Of a stretch of DNA of 64,000 nt, positions 25,621 through 37,294 are shown in pieces (position 1 is the first letter of the stretch; each line of letters opens with the position of its first letter). The stretch spans positions 10,949 through 74,948 of the forward strand of contig MU057658.1 in assembly GCA_013265495.1 (NCBI GenBank), in the 5' to 3' direction. The position numbers and the translations under genes were made by a program. This DNA comes from Vicugna vicugna. Its lineage: Eukaryota. A model generated the notes under the pieces. That model worked only from the letters and a program-made list of their open reading frames with translations. It was not told the DNA's origin and did no database searches.

Positions 25621-26005
25621 CTTGCAGGTAGAGAGCAAAATTCAAATCAGTTTCTAAAGTATATGTAAAATATGATTCAGTTCCTGCCTGGTTTGTAAAC
25701 ACTTATGCCTACTGCAGAATGAAAAGCAGGCTAATTTCCAACAGAAAAGATCATTTCTCAGCATTTCTTTCAAAGATAGCTGCAAAATCATTTTTACTAA
25801 ATTTTCTATGCCCAACTCTGACAAAAATTTGACACCAAGGACGTAATTATCTACATTTTTGTTAAATTGATGCTGACCATCAGGAAGTGTTCTCAATTAT
25901 ATTTTAGCCTTTATGTTGGGAAGTACTGTCAGACATCTTCTAAATTAATGGGGGGGCATTCATTGTAGCTCCTGTTGCCTGATAAGCCTGCACTAAATTA
26001 TCTTT

Positions 26006-26165
26006 TTTTAACTTTTAATTAAAGTAATAAATTAATTTTTTGCTGGGGGGTGGTAATTAGGTTTTTATTTATTTATTTTATTTTTAGAAGAAGTACTGGG
26101 GATTGAACCCAGGCCCTTGTGCATGCTAAGAACATGATCTTTCACTTGAGCTATACCCTCCCCCT
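26006..26165 (-). mobile_element. tRNA-derived SINE (Vic-1-like) with a 12-bp TSD
   Basis: gtactggggattgaacccagg...gagctataccctcccc; TSD taaattatcttt at 25994-26005 and 26166-26177. Confidence 0.88.
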
Positions 26166-26221
26166 TAAATTATCTTTAATAAGGTCTTTTTCTCTGTTTT
26201 GTTATTTTCTATTATGTACGG

Positions 26222-26347
26222 ATGCAGAAAGCAGGGTCATCAGAAGCCTCTCAATCCCAAAGATGATTATAGTGAAAAACATTGCACAGTGACAGTCAAT
26301 CCTTGGCATATGAAGAAAGATTGTAAAGTCCTGAATGAATTAAGAAG
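26222..26347 (+). pseudogene. KLHL2: Isolated KLHL2 (Mayven) exon-2 copy, 126 bp, acceptor AG>GG
   Basis: Translates CRKQGHQKPLNPKDDYSEKHCTVTVNPWHMKKDCKVLNELR|gtattg; recalled KLHL2 N-terminus is CTKQGHQKPLDSKDDNTEKHCPVTVNPWHMKKAFKVMNELR. Preceded by a pyrimidine tract ending tacgg. No further KLHL2 exon (BTB, CDVTIV...) seen. Confidence 0.9.
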
Positions 26348-26529
26348 GTATTGTTACATTAACATACATGTAAGCATGGCTCTCTTACCGTTATTTTTAC
26401 TTTATAATGAAGATACTCCCCACCCGTCAAGGTTGCTTTGTTTGATAGAGGGAATATCTAAAGCCTTTTCTGCAAGTTTTTTAAATAAGTAAGAGCAGGT
26501 AATTTATCAGATGTGTGAATTGTGTAATC

Positions 26530-26681
26530 TGCTCTATCTAGTATGGTAGCCACACCAGCCACATTATTGTGAATTGAGATGTTCTATAAGTGGAAAATAT
26601 ATAATAGATTTTCAAGACTTCGTACAACAAAAATAATGTAATATATTATTAATAAGTTTTAAAAGTGTTAATCAAATCACA
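26530..26681. mobile_element. hAT-Charlie (MER33-like) fragment running into a gap
   Basis: atggtagccac...tgaattgagatgttctataagtggaaaatat...gattttcaagact. Confidence 0.5.
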
Positions 26682-27592
26682 NNNNNNNNNNNNNNNNNNN
26701 NNNNNNNNNNNNNNNNNNNNNNNNNNNNNNNNNNNNNNNNNNNNNNNNNNNNNNNNNNNNNNNNNNNNNNNNNNNNNNNNNNNNNNNNNNNNNNNNNNNN
26801 NNNNNNNNNNNNNNNNNNNNNNNNNNNNNNNNNNNNNNNGTTTCAGGTGTACAGAGGCTCAACATTTTTATAAATTATATTCCATTTAAAGTCACCATAA
26901 AATAATGGTTATATTTCCCTGTGCTGTATGATACAGCCCTGTAACCTATCCATTTTATACGATACGNNNNNNNNNNNNNNNNNNNNNNNNNNNNNNNNNN
27001 NNNNNNNNNNNNNNNNNNNNNNNNNNNNNNNNNNNNNNNNNNNNNNNNNNNNNNNNNNNNNNNNNNNNNNNNNNNNNNNNNNNNNNNNNNNNNNNNNNNN
27101 NNNNNNNNNNNNNNNNNNNNNNNNNNNNNNNNNNNNNNNNNNNNNNNNNNNNNNNNNNNNNNNNNNNNNNNNNNNNNNNNNNNNNNNNNNNNNNNNNNNN
27201 NNNNNNNNNNNNNNNNNNNNNNNNNNNNNNNNNNNNNNNNNNNNNNNNNNNNNNNNNNNNNNNNNNNNNNNNNNNNNNNNNNNNNNNNNNNNNNNNNNNN
27301 NNNNNNNNNNNNNNNNNNNNNNNNNNNNNNNNNNNNNNNNNNNNNNNNNNNNNNNNNNNNNNNNNNNNNNNNNNNNNNNNNNNNNNNNNNNNNNNNNNNN
27401 NNNNNNNNNNNNNNNNNNNNNNNNNNNNNNNNNNNNNNNNNNNNNNNNNNNNNNNNNNNNNNNNNNNNNNNNNNNNNNNNNNNNNNNNNNNNNNNNNNNN
27501 NNNNNNNNNNNNNNNNNNNNNNNNNNNNNNNNNNNNNNNNNNNNNNNNNNNNNNNNNNNNNNNNNNNNNNNNNNNNNNNNNNNNNNNNNNNN
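26682..27592. other. Two assembly gaps (26682-26839, 26967-27592) around a 127-bp L1-like island. Other gaps: 5247-5431, 12629-12815, 30212-31147, 45743-45829, 46312-46755
   Basis: Runs of N in the sequence. Confidence 0.99.
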
Positions 27593-28295
27593 ATTTACAT
27601 ACTTTCCTTACAGTTTAGGACACAATTTGGCATAACCAGATAGAATTTAATAAGAGTAAATACAGTATTTTTTTAATGTCTATGCATTATGGATAGATAT
27701 GTAATTGATGAGTTTGTTCCCTATTTTTGTAGATGCAGAAGTTTTTATACCTTCACAGACATTTCAGTCTTGCAGAGAGAAAAATTTCTTTGCATTTTGC
27801 TGAACTTGTGCGGGTGTCTTTATCGGATTTGGTCCAGGCCTGCACAGGTGAATACACATCCAAACCTGAAACATTTGAATGTCTGCAAGATTTTAAGAGT
27901 CTAGAATGTCAGATCTGGACTGTGACTCTGGTAAATGACTTCAGTGACTGGACTCAAGAAAACTCCATTTGAGGGCAAAACCTTTCATAAGCCAAAAAGG
28001 CTTTGAAATTGTGGCAAAGCAAGAGACTTTTGTGCACCACTTATGGCCACAAGCCCATGAGGACAACCACAGGCCTTCTGGAGTGCCAAGGGACTTCCAT
28101 GTGAGGAGTCCAGCACTCACAGGAATCCAACAAGTCCCTGCCAGCCAGAGCACCTTCATTGCTACTGTGCTCTTTTGAGTAAATGTCTTTTCATCAGGTT
28201 CAAATTGGTTTGTTTTTATTTTTTTGCATGAAAAATAACAACTCCTTGTTCCCTGGTGAAAGTAAAAGCCTAACATTTTCTGATTTTTTTGACAG

Positions 28296-28360
28296 AGGAA
28301 ACATGAGCCTGTGAATCTAACCTCATCTGTGATGGTCTCCAGCTGGGAGCAACCAGATCA
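28296..28360 (+). pseudogene. ANO6: ANO6 pseudo-exon 4 (65 bp, 1-bp deletion)
   Basis: gacag|AGGAAA...GAATCTAACCTCATCTGTGATGGTCTCCAGCTGGGAGCAACCAGATCA|gt translates RK..ESNLICDGLQLGATRS; recalled ANO6 is RKRQAYESNLICHGLQLEATRS. Confidence 0.88.
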
Positions 28361-29235
28361 GTGTCAGTCCCCTTGCAGCCATTGGCTGGGAGCCTGCATG
28401 TTTCCTGGAATGATATTTGAAACATGTCACACTAGCCTTGCCTTCGCTGTGGGCTGGGAGGCGAGTCAGTCAGAATCTGCATTATGGAATGTATGTTTCA
28501 GATCCACAGCTAGGAGATCTTTTTTAATAGCCAGAGAATATAGTCATAAATATATCTATTAATGTATTTATGCAAGAAACTTTTTAAAGATTTTTTATTA
28601 TAAAAATTTACCCCCCAAAAATTGAAAATGAAAGAACAGTGGAATTAAAAATCATCTGTACCTTAAATATACATAAAGAATCTTAAAATCTTCTAAACTT
28701 TTTTTTGTTCAAATGAAGATATTTTTCCCTTCCAAAAAGGAAAATTATATTTCACATTTTTATGCTTTCTCCTTTTATTATATATTCCATATCAATAAAT
28801 ATAATTCTTTTAAATCCCTTTTAATGGCTGTTTAACAATATATTGAACAGATATGTAAATAGTCCTAGGTTTCATAAATTTATAAAATTGTCATTACAAT
28901 ACCACTGCAAAGAATATTTTGGTGTTTCTATTTTTAGTTACTAATTTGGACTAAAAATTAACAAGTTTGCTTTTCTTCATTTAAAACATTGGTTATTTTA
29001 TGAATGAACTGTAAGGATTTTAAATAACTTTTCAGTAATTTGAACAAAGAAATTATCTTTAAGGCAAAAATGTATGATGGTTTGCATATCTATTTTTATT
29101 ATACCTTCACTTTTACCAGTGTCATATGTGTGTGTGTTTACACAGGTGCTTTAACTACCAGCAAAGTAAGAAAAATCTGTGTACTAAAAATGTGAAAATA
29201 GTTTCCTGGTTTGTGTTTTCATTCTCCCAATATAG

Positions 29236-29522
29236 GTTTTGGATGACAAGCTTGTATTTGCAAAAGTACACACCCTATGGGAGGTGCTCTGTACATACGC
29301 TGAGATACTGCACATAATATTGCCTCTGAAGCCCAATGATCTGAACACCCGGTCCTCAGCCTTTGATAACTTCAGCTGTTTGATGGAAGTCCTCCAAGTG
29401 GATGAAAGTATCAACAACCGGAACAAGAGTTTTTCATTGCCCTATTTGCGAAGAGCTCCGTCAATGACTTTTATATTCAGGATAGAGATACATTCTTCAA
29501 TCCAGCCACCAGAAGCCACATT
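29236..29522 (+). pseudogene. ANO6: ANO6 pseudo-exon 5 (287 bp, 1-bp deletion at ~29413-29417)
   Basis: tatag|VLDDKLVFAKVHTLWEVLCTYAEILHIILPLKPNDLNTRSSAF...VDESI, then in the shifted frame PEQEFFIALFAKSSVNDFYIQDRDTFFNPATRSHI|gtaag. Confidence 0.95.
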
Positions 29523-29746
29523 GTAAGACTTAACTGAGTTTAGCTGCTGTCTTGGGGGTGATTTAGAACCTGCTGTTGAATTGTCAGTGATTTGGTTTGG
29601 TTGGTTTGGTTTGGTTTTAAAAAGCTGCCCATAAGTAGGAAAAAAGAGAAAGAAAAGAAATATGCCTACAGATTCCTGTTAGGATAGTAAACAGTGGCTG
29701 GTTAGTTACCTTGTATAAACCACACGCTCTCTTAGAACCTTTTTAG

Positions 29747-29862
29747 GTTTACTTCATCTTTTCTCAGATCAAGTATCAAGTAAGGGACAGTGTTAAAAAA
29801 AATTTGGGATTGACAGGTTTGTGAGCTCCAGGATCTGCAAGGCAGCTTTCCCTCCCCATGGT
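29747..29862 (+). pseudogene. ANO6: ANO6 pseudo-exon 6 (116 bp, +2 in an A8 run)
   Basis: tttag|VYFIFSQIKYQVRDSVKK/FGIDRFVSSRICKAAFPPHG|gtaagt; recalled ANO6 is VYFILSRVKYQV...FGINRLVNSGIYKAAFPLHD. Confidence 0.92.
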
Positions 29863-30141
29863 GTAAGTCAAATGGCAGAAATGAAATAAAGCACCTCATG
29901 TATCCTCCGGTGTTAACAGGAAAAGGCTAATCTTCTTGACCTTCTTTCTTCCTGGGTAAAATGTAGATAATATGTGAGGAAGCGACAAGCACATTTAAGG
30001 CAGGAAGCATGTTGTCTTGTTCACTGCTGAATCCCAGGCACCGTGAAGGCTGAGTTTAACGAGTGAATGAATAAACTGTAGTTCCCTCAGAGTTACCATG
30101 TGGGACAGTGAGGATTAGCAGCTAAGAGCATAGACTCGAGA

Positions 30142-30211
30142 GGGGAGGGTACAGCTCAAGTGATGTTGTGCATGCTTAGCAAGGATAAGGTCCTGGGTTC
30201 AGCCCCCAACA
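30142..30211 (+). mobile_element. tRNA-derived SINE 5' part (truncated by a gap)
   Basis: ggggagggtacagctcaagtg...gcatgcttagc...ggtcctgggttca. Confidence 0.8.
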
Positions 30212-32067
30212 NNNNNNNNNNNNNNNNNNNNNNNNNNNNNNNNNNNNNNNNNNNNNNNNNNNNNNNNNNNNNNNNNNNNNNNNNNNNNNNNNNNNNNNNN
30301 NNNNNNNNNNNNNNNNNNNNNNNNNNNNNNNNNNNNNNNNNNNNNNNNNNNNNNNNNNNNNNNNNNNNNNNNNNNNNNNNNNNNNNNNNNNNNNNNNNNN
30401 NNNNNNNNNNNNNNNNNNNNNNNNNNNNNNNNNNNNNNNNNNNNNNNNNNNNNNNNNNNNNNNNNNNNNNNNNNNNNNNNNNNNNNNNNNNNNNNNNNNN
30501 NNNNNNNNNNNNNNNNNNNNNNNNNNNNNNNNNNNNNNNNNNNNNNNNNNNNNNNNNNNNNNNNNNNNNNNNNNNNNNNNNNNNNNNNNNNNNNNNNNNN
30601 NNNNNNNNNNNNNNNNNNNNNNNNNNNNNNNNNNNNNNNNNNNNNNNNNNNNNNNNNNNNNNNNNNNNNNNNNNNNNNNNNNNNNNNNNNNNNNNNNNNN
30701 NNNNNNNNNNNNNNNNNNNNNNNNNNNNNNNNNNNNNNNNNNNNNNNNNNNNNNNNNNNNNNNNNNNNNNNNNNNNNNNNNNNNNNNNNNNNNNNNNNNN
30801 NNNNNNNNNNNNNNNNNNNNNNNNNNNNNNNNNNNNNNNNNNNNNNNNNNNNNNNNNNNNNNNNNNNNNNNNNNNNNNNNNNNNNNNNNNNNNNNNNNNN
30901 NNNNNNNNNNNNNNNNNNNNNNNNNNNNNNNNNNNNNNNNNNNNNNNNNNNNNNNNNNNNNNNNNNNNNNNNNNNNNNNNNNNNNNNNNNNNNNNNNNNN
31001 NNNNNNNNNNNNNNNNNNNNNNNNNNNNNNNNNNNNNNNNNNNNNNNNNNNNNNNNNNNNNNNNNNNNNNNNNNNNNNNNNNNNNNNNNNNNNNNNNNNN
31101 NNNNNNNNNNNNNNNNNNNNNNNNNNNNNNNNNNNNNNNNNNNNNNNTGAGCTTCCTGGATCAGAGACCCAGCATAGCAGTCCAGCCCAGCAGTCCACAA
31201 GTTTTATATTTATGTCCCAGCAAAATTAGCAGTGAGAGTCTTAAATGAACTTTGGGGTCACTTGCAAACAGCTGTCATGATTACTAATGTGGGGCACCAG
31301 GATTCTACAGTGTTATTTGACATCAGCGCACAATCAGTTCTTTTCCACTAAAGCCTGTTGTAATTGCTGGTCACACATCCAGGCTGAGGAATCATCTCAT
31401 GTGGTGTTTGGGAGGGAGATAAGTGGAGTCAGGACCCATGTTAAGGCTGGGTGGGTAATAATCTGGTGCTAGTACAGGAGAAAGGAAAGTAGGTCAGGTG
31501 GGAAGGAGAATGACTGGATTTAAATTTTGGTTCTTGAGTAAGCTAATTATATAACATCATGTCAAGTTTCTTTGTTGTTTATATTCCATGCGCTGTCACC
31601 GAATAACTACTGAATTGTGGGGACAAAAAGCCTGGGTTTTAGAATTGACCCTGCCCCCAACCTGCCAGAGTCCAGGTTCCTCTGGGTGTCCAAGGAGGGG
31701 GCTGAACCATCAGGTGTCCCTCCACTGCAGCAGTTTGGGCACTTGGTTGGCCTAAATTTTTTGCTGTGGAAGACTGGCTCGGTTGTAGGACATTAAGCAT
31801 CTGCAAGGCTCTCACCAGGTACCCACGGTGGTCCTAGGACTGTGACATCCAAGCATTCCTTTCCACCCACGTTTACAAATGACCCTCAAGGGGTTAGTAT
31901 TAATCCTGGGTGAGAATTATGAAAAATTATATGGTACCTCCATCCCTTCTGGCAAGTGAGGGCCCCTTATTTACAAATGACCACGAAGTGTTAGCACCAC
32001 ATTTTATCAACAGAACACGTGAACACGTGGTGACAGTGATGCTCACCTGTTTGCTTCTGCTTCCCAG

Positions 32068-32182
32068 TGCAACTTCAGCCTCCTTCAGAGGACCTCAGCT
32101 GCCCCAGCGAACAGGGCCTTCGGCACAGGGAATGGGCTCTTCCTCGAAGCATAGACAAGAAGCAGCCCTTAGGTCTCATCAG
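32068..32182 (+). pseudogene. ANO6: ANO6 pseudo-exon 7 (115 bp, 1-bp deletion)
   Basis: cccag|CNFSL/SEDLSCPSEQGLRHREWALPRSIDKKQPLGLIR|gt; recalled ANO6 is SEDPSCPNERYLLYREWAHPRSIYKKQPLDLIR. Confidence 0.9.
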
Positions 32183-32239
32183 GTGGGCTGTTGTGGAGAG
32201 CACTCCAGTGGGAAGGGATCAGGCTTGTCCTCATGGCAT

Positions 32240-32655
32240 TTGAGTGTGACAGTCCTCCTAGAGTGTTACCAACCAGGAAGCTCACAGGAGCTGTGAGCTT
32301 CATTGCCCCAAGTTTTTACTGCAGGCTTTATTACAAAGACATGATTTTTTGGGTCACTACCGACATGGCTAACCCAAACCCTAACTGTAAGTCAAACCTT
32401 TCCTTAGCCCTAAGTTGAGCCCCTTCCTCTCCTGGTGGTCACTCACTTCTCACAAAGCTCAAAGCCCCACTCCTCTAATCACATGGTTGGTGTCTCTGGC
32501 TGTCCAGTCCCCATCCTGAGTCATCTCATGAACACAAGCCATCCAAGGTTCCACCATGAATAGCAAAGACACTCCTATCTTGGGAAATTTCAAGGTTTTA
32601 GTGGTTGCTGTCTAGGAACTGGGAACAAAGAACTACCAAATTCTTCACTAAACAG
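32240..32655. mobile_element. ERV1 LTR fragment (MER21-like)
   Basis: accaaccaggaagctc...gtttttactgcaggctttattac...ctctaatcacatggttggt. Confidence 0.55.
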
Positions 32656-34404
32656 GAGTAAATGTTAGATTTCACTTAAATTATAAAATAAGAGAGAAAT
32701 TCTCACTGCTTTGCTGTATCTGCTGTTCGACACCGTTTCACTACACCACGTGACTGTACTGTCCTGCTCAGCATGTGTCTTCTCAGAGCAGCAGTGCCAG
32801 CTGCTCCCGGGAGCTTATGCTGTTTGGGCAAGGCTGCTGGGGGTAGGGAGGCCAAGGACAACCGAGAAAACAAAAATAATCGTGCAAATAAGGAAACAAT
32901 GTCAGATTGAAATGAAGAAATAACACAGTGTTGAGATGGGAGACTTGGGGGGAAGTGAGTTAAGAAAGCTATCTTTGAGTAGGTTACATGTGAGCTGAGA
33001 TGGCGATAAGGAGGCTGGACTTTGAGGATCTGGGAAAAGTCACCCATGGAATAGAGGCAGCTTGTCCATTGGCCTAGAGGCACAAATGTGCTCAGCAGGT
33101 TTGAGGAGATACTGGAGCCAATGCTGCTGAGAGTGATGAGACGCGATGTTTAGAAGGGCATCAGGAGCACGGAAAGGAGTGTAGACTCTAAGTGCAGTGA
33201 GAAGCAGTCATGATAGTTTAAGCACTAAAGTAATTTTCTCTCACTCACATTTTGCAAAGATAATGTGGAGAATGAATTGCAGGGACCCAGGAAGCAGGGA
33301 GGCTGGGTAGGAGGCTCTTGGAGTGGGCCAGATGAGAGATGGTGGGAGCCAGGGGGGAATGCTTTTGGGGAGTGGAGCTGACAGGATTCAGTAATGGGCT
33401 GGCTGTGGATGGTGAGAAGAAGAGGAGGTTCTAGGTAACCCCAGGTCGGCCTGGAGCCAGGTGACTGTTCTTTCTCATCACAGTGCCCCATGCAGGTGCC
33501 CACCTACTTGGGCAAACCTCTTAACCTTCAAAGTGGGGGTTTTAAAACACTGAAGTCTTTTTGTTGTTTCACATTTTATGGAAAGATTCAAACATGTACA
33601 GAATTAGAGAGAACAGTACAGCCAGCCTGCCTGTATCAGTCACCCAGCTCCAGAATTATAAACTCAGAGTCACTGTTGTTGCATCTTTTATCTCCACCTC
33701 CTACCCTCCCCCACTACAGGGTTATTTTGAAGACAATCCTTCATAGCTTAACCTTTGATTAGTGAAATGACAAAGTCTCTATCAAATAAACTTGGGATAC
33801 TCCTTTTTTTTTAGGGTTACAAAAGAATTCCCTGATTGTCAAAGAAATACACTTTTAAGTATATTTGGGGTTGAAATCAAGATCCAGACAAGGTTCAGAA
33901 ATTGCAGCTAGCATATCTCTCAAGTGCATTCTAATCTATAATTTTCCTCTTTCTCATTTTCCTTGAAACTGCTGAGGGGTTTCTCTATTTCCTGTTTGGC
34001 TGATTTCATTCTCCCCTGTGGTGTTAGACTTGTTTCTCCATCCTATGTATTTGCTTTAGCTAAGTGATTTGATCGTCCCCTAAAAGCTTGATCTGATTGA
34101 GGTTCAACTTTGTGCAAAAATACTTGTTAAATACTTGTTAAGTTTTGTACTCCTGTCATAAGGTACATAATGTACAGTTGACTCTCTTTTTTGTGATGAC
34201 AGCAGCCAATAATGATTGTCACCTGGGACCATTATTTCATAAGGGATTTTATTTCATGTGGTCAAACTCTAATTTCCTCCCTCAAATATCAGCAGGATCA
34301 CAGTCATGAAGAGGCACTTTCTCATTAACCTGGGTTATCCTGTGGAACACAGTTTTAAAAGAAGATATTTGTAAATATGTAAATATTTAAAATTGATAAA
34401 TTTT

Positions 34405-34507
34405 TTTTTCTTTTTAATTTTTTATTCTAATGGAGGTACTGAAGTTTGAATCTAGGACCTTATGCCTACTGAGCACACACTCTGCCACTGAGTGTACCCC
34501 ATTCCCC
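34405..34507 (-). mobile_element. tRNA-derived SINE
   Basis: T-rich tail, then atggaggtactgaagtttgaatctaggacc...ccactgagtgtacccc. Confidence 0.75.
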
Positions 34508-36929
34508 TTGAGATTCATATTTATATGATATTTTCCTTCTGTTATTTTTGTTTTATGTTATACAGAATTTGAAGGCAGGGCAATGGGTTTGACCGCTCTT
34601 TAATCATTCTTTATGGGCTTTTGGGGTTTGTGTGTGTGTGTGTTTGTAAAGAAAACAATTTTCCCACTATTTTTAGTATGTCTTGCTAAGGCAATTATGT
34701 TGATCTTTTCCCTGCTCCTGGTCCATGTATTCCCTTGTTACTTCCCACTAGTGGCCCCTTGAGCTCTGTGACAAGACTAGCATGTCGTTAATCCATGTGG
34801 AAGGAGATCTGAAGAGATTTATTCAAGGAGATGAAATTTGTAGACAATGTATTGGAAAGTATTGTGAAAGTTGTTCGTTAAGAGAAGGTCTGAGGTTGAA
34901 TTGTTAAGTGCACAGAAATCTAAGCTATGAACCACCAAGACAATTATTAACTCCAGGAAAACAAAGTAGGGAAGAAAAAAGTAAGACTAGCACAACTTGC
35001 TACAGCTTTGAACAGTCTGTGCAGAGTAGTAATAATGTAAATCAAGGATACTGAGCTGATGAAAATTATAATGTAATTGCATCAAAAGGTTGGAAGAATG
35101 AAGGTTTGGGTGTGTAGATGAGATGGGGTTTGAAAGAGAGCTTAATCCTCATTTTCCAAAATAGAATGTTAAATAGGTGATACATAAAGCTGATAAAGTC
35201 AGTAGGCTGTGTTACAAGAATATTAGTCAGAGATAGGGAGTAATTATTCCAGGAGTCAGCAGTAGGAGCTGAACATGGTTGCTTCTGGCCACGAAATGGG
35301 GCAGTTGTTGGGAACTGCTCATTTTTACAATCGGTGTTTGAGAACTGTTTGACTCTTTATTGAATGTATGATATAACTTTGATAAAAAGAAATCAAAGCT
35401 GAATTTTGAAAAACTGATGTTAAGAATTGGGTTTTTTTGACAGAGAGAGATAACAATCAGACAAAACTACATTTGAAGGGATCCTCATAATTCCTAGCCT
35501 TTCAGCAAGGACTAGGAGGCAGACATCTGTTTAAGGTTCAAAAATTCTTTCTGACCTTCTTGCCGACTTGTAACCTTTGGAAGTAATGAACTCCCCGTCA
35601 CTGTAAATATCCAGGCAGAGGCTGCCTGACCAGCTCTCTAACTGTAGCAGGGTGTGTTTGGCATTGGGCAGTTGGAGCAGGCAACTTCTAACATTCATTG
35701 AATTTGGTCAGGACGGATAGTTGATAAGAATGTATTACAAAAAGCTTAACAAGAAAGAGTCCAAGACATCTCAAACCCATTGCCAGGGTTTTCTCTGCCG
35801 GAAACCATCCTGAGCCTGCCATCCGTGAGCTAGGCTACATAGCCCAGTCACATGAGAATGAACACACTTTGTCCCTCCTATCTGATTTGGCATCGGGCTC
35901 AGCCCTTTTCCCCATGGAATGGTCCACGCCCAGGTCTCTGACGATGGAGCTGGTCTCACAGCAGCCCTGTGAACGCTGGTCCAGCCCAAGGGGGTTCCTG
36001 TGTGAAGTTTCCCAGGACTGCAGGCTGTTCTCATAGCTGAGTCCCTCCTAGGCTAAGCCCACGGAACTCATCTCAGCTCTAGACTGAGCCGGAAGCCTCA
36101 GAGAGAACTCAGAGCTGAGAAAATCCACAGGTTTTACCCAGCACTGCCGTGTCAGCAGTGAGCCAGTTGAGGGAAGGATCAGCAGCAGCACAGCACAACT
36201 GAGCCGCTGTCTCATTGCTCTGCCTCATCCCTAAACTCTCTGTGTCTGCCTGTCTGTGTCTGTCCCACTTTTAGGACCATCCTGGCACTGCTTCATGCCC
36301 TGCCTCCTTTCTTCTAATCTTGCCTCCTTGGCCTGTTCCATCTACTCCAGGTTAACTGAGAAATACTGAAGAGGTTTTAAAATCTAGGAACAACAGACGT
36401 GCTAGATACCAAGAATACAGGGCAGTGCCTTCCTCAGTCACATCTCTCCTGCCCTCTCCCATTCCCACTATGAGTTTTATAAATATTTTTTCAGAGAGAC
36501 ATTGCACTCCCAGTTGTTATCATTATCAGCCATTTCCTATTATCTGTGGTTTACGATGCATTTGCTCCCGGGATGTTCCCGAGATAAGGCAGGAGCAGAT
36601 GACTGAGCCAGTTGATGTCCACTTGTGTCAAGCCTGTTAAGAATGATTTTTGGGGGGATATGTTGAATGTGCCAGACTGTCCAGTGAGTGGTGATGATCC
36701 CCTGCATCTGCTCCATAGTCGGCCTCGTCCCCTCCTTTGCTCTGTTCTCATTTATCTCTCTTCAGCAGGTGAACCAGTGATCTGTACTTCTATGATACGC
36801 AAAATACTTCTTATTTCACGGTAGAATTTGGGGGCTGCTATGAAAACGCATATGTTTTAAGAGTGAATTGTGTCAAAAGAGTGAATTGTGTTAAAGCCCC
36901 CTTGATTTAGAATCAGAAATTAATATGAT

Positions 36930-37060
36930 GGACGGAGGGTATAACTCAGTGGTAGAGTGCATGTCTAGCATGCATGAGGTCCTGGGTTCAATCCCCAATG
37001 CCTCCATTTAAAAAACAAATAAATAAACCTAATTATGACCCCCCAAAAAACAAAGAAAAA
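36930..37060 (+). mobile_element. tRNA-derived SINE (Vic-1-like) with TSD
   Basis: gagggtataactcagtggtagagtgcatg...ggtcctgggttcaatcccc; TSD agaaattaa(t/c)atga at 36915 and 37061. Confidence 0.9.
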
Positions 37061-37133
37061 AGAAATTAACATGAGGATGAAGCTACAGAGTGATTATATG
37101 TGTCTTCTGAAACTTCCTTCTGTCTTTCTGCAG

Positions 37134-37266
37134 GAAATTCTACAGGAAGAAGGTCTGAATCTTCTTTGCTTGGCTGGGCTATTACACTCAGATGCTCCTC
37201 CTGGCAGCAGTCGTGGGGGAGACTTGCTTTCTGTGTGGATATTTTAATCAAAATAACTACCTGGGG
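37134..37266 (+). pseudogene. ANO6: ANO6 pseudo-exon 8 (TM1; TGA at 37156-37158 and a 2-bp deletion)
   Basis: tgcag|KFYRKKV*IFFAWLGYYTQMLLLAAVVGETCFLCGYFNQNN/TW|gtaac. Confidence 0.93.
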
Positions 37267-37294
37267 GTAACTTCTCTTTATTCCTTGTTACTGT

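Noticed and set aside
26222..28360. In-frame KLHL2-ANO6 fusion protein
   Set aside because: The KLHL2 exon ends in phase 2. Adding the 17 nt before GAA TCT in ANO6 exon 4 gives 19 nt, which is out of frame. The KLHL2 acceptor is also mutated.
26928..31248. Long ORFs of 235-362 aa (also near 5.2, 12.5 and 46.3 kb)
   Set aside because: Artefacts of N runs translated as X.
29236..32182. Compensating frameshifts (-1, +2, -1) restoring the ANO6 frame after exon 7
   Set aside because: The shifted frame hits TAA early in exon 6 (ATC AAG TAA), and exon 8 has a TGA.
36930..37010. tRNA genes at A/B-box-containing elements
   Set aside because: A-rich tails, TSDs and multiple diverged copies identify them as SINEs.
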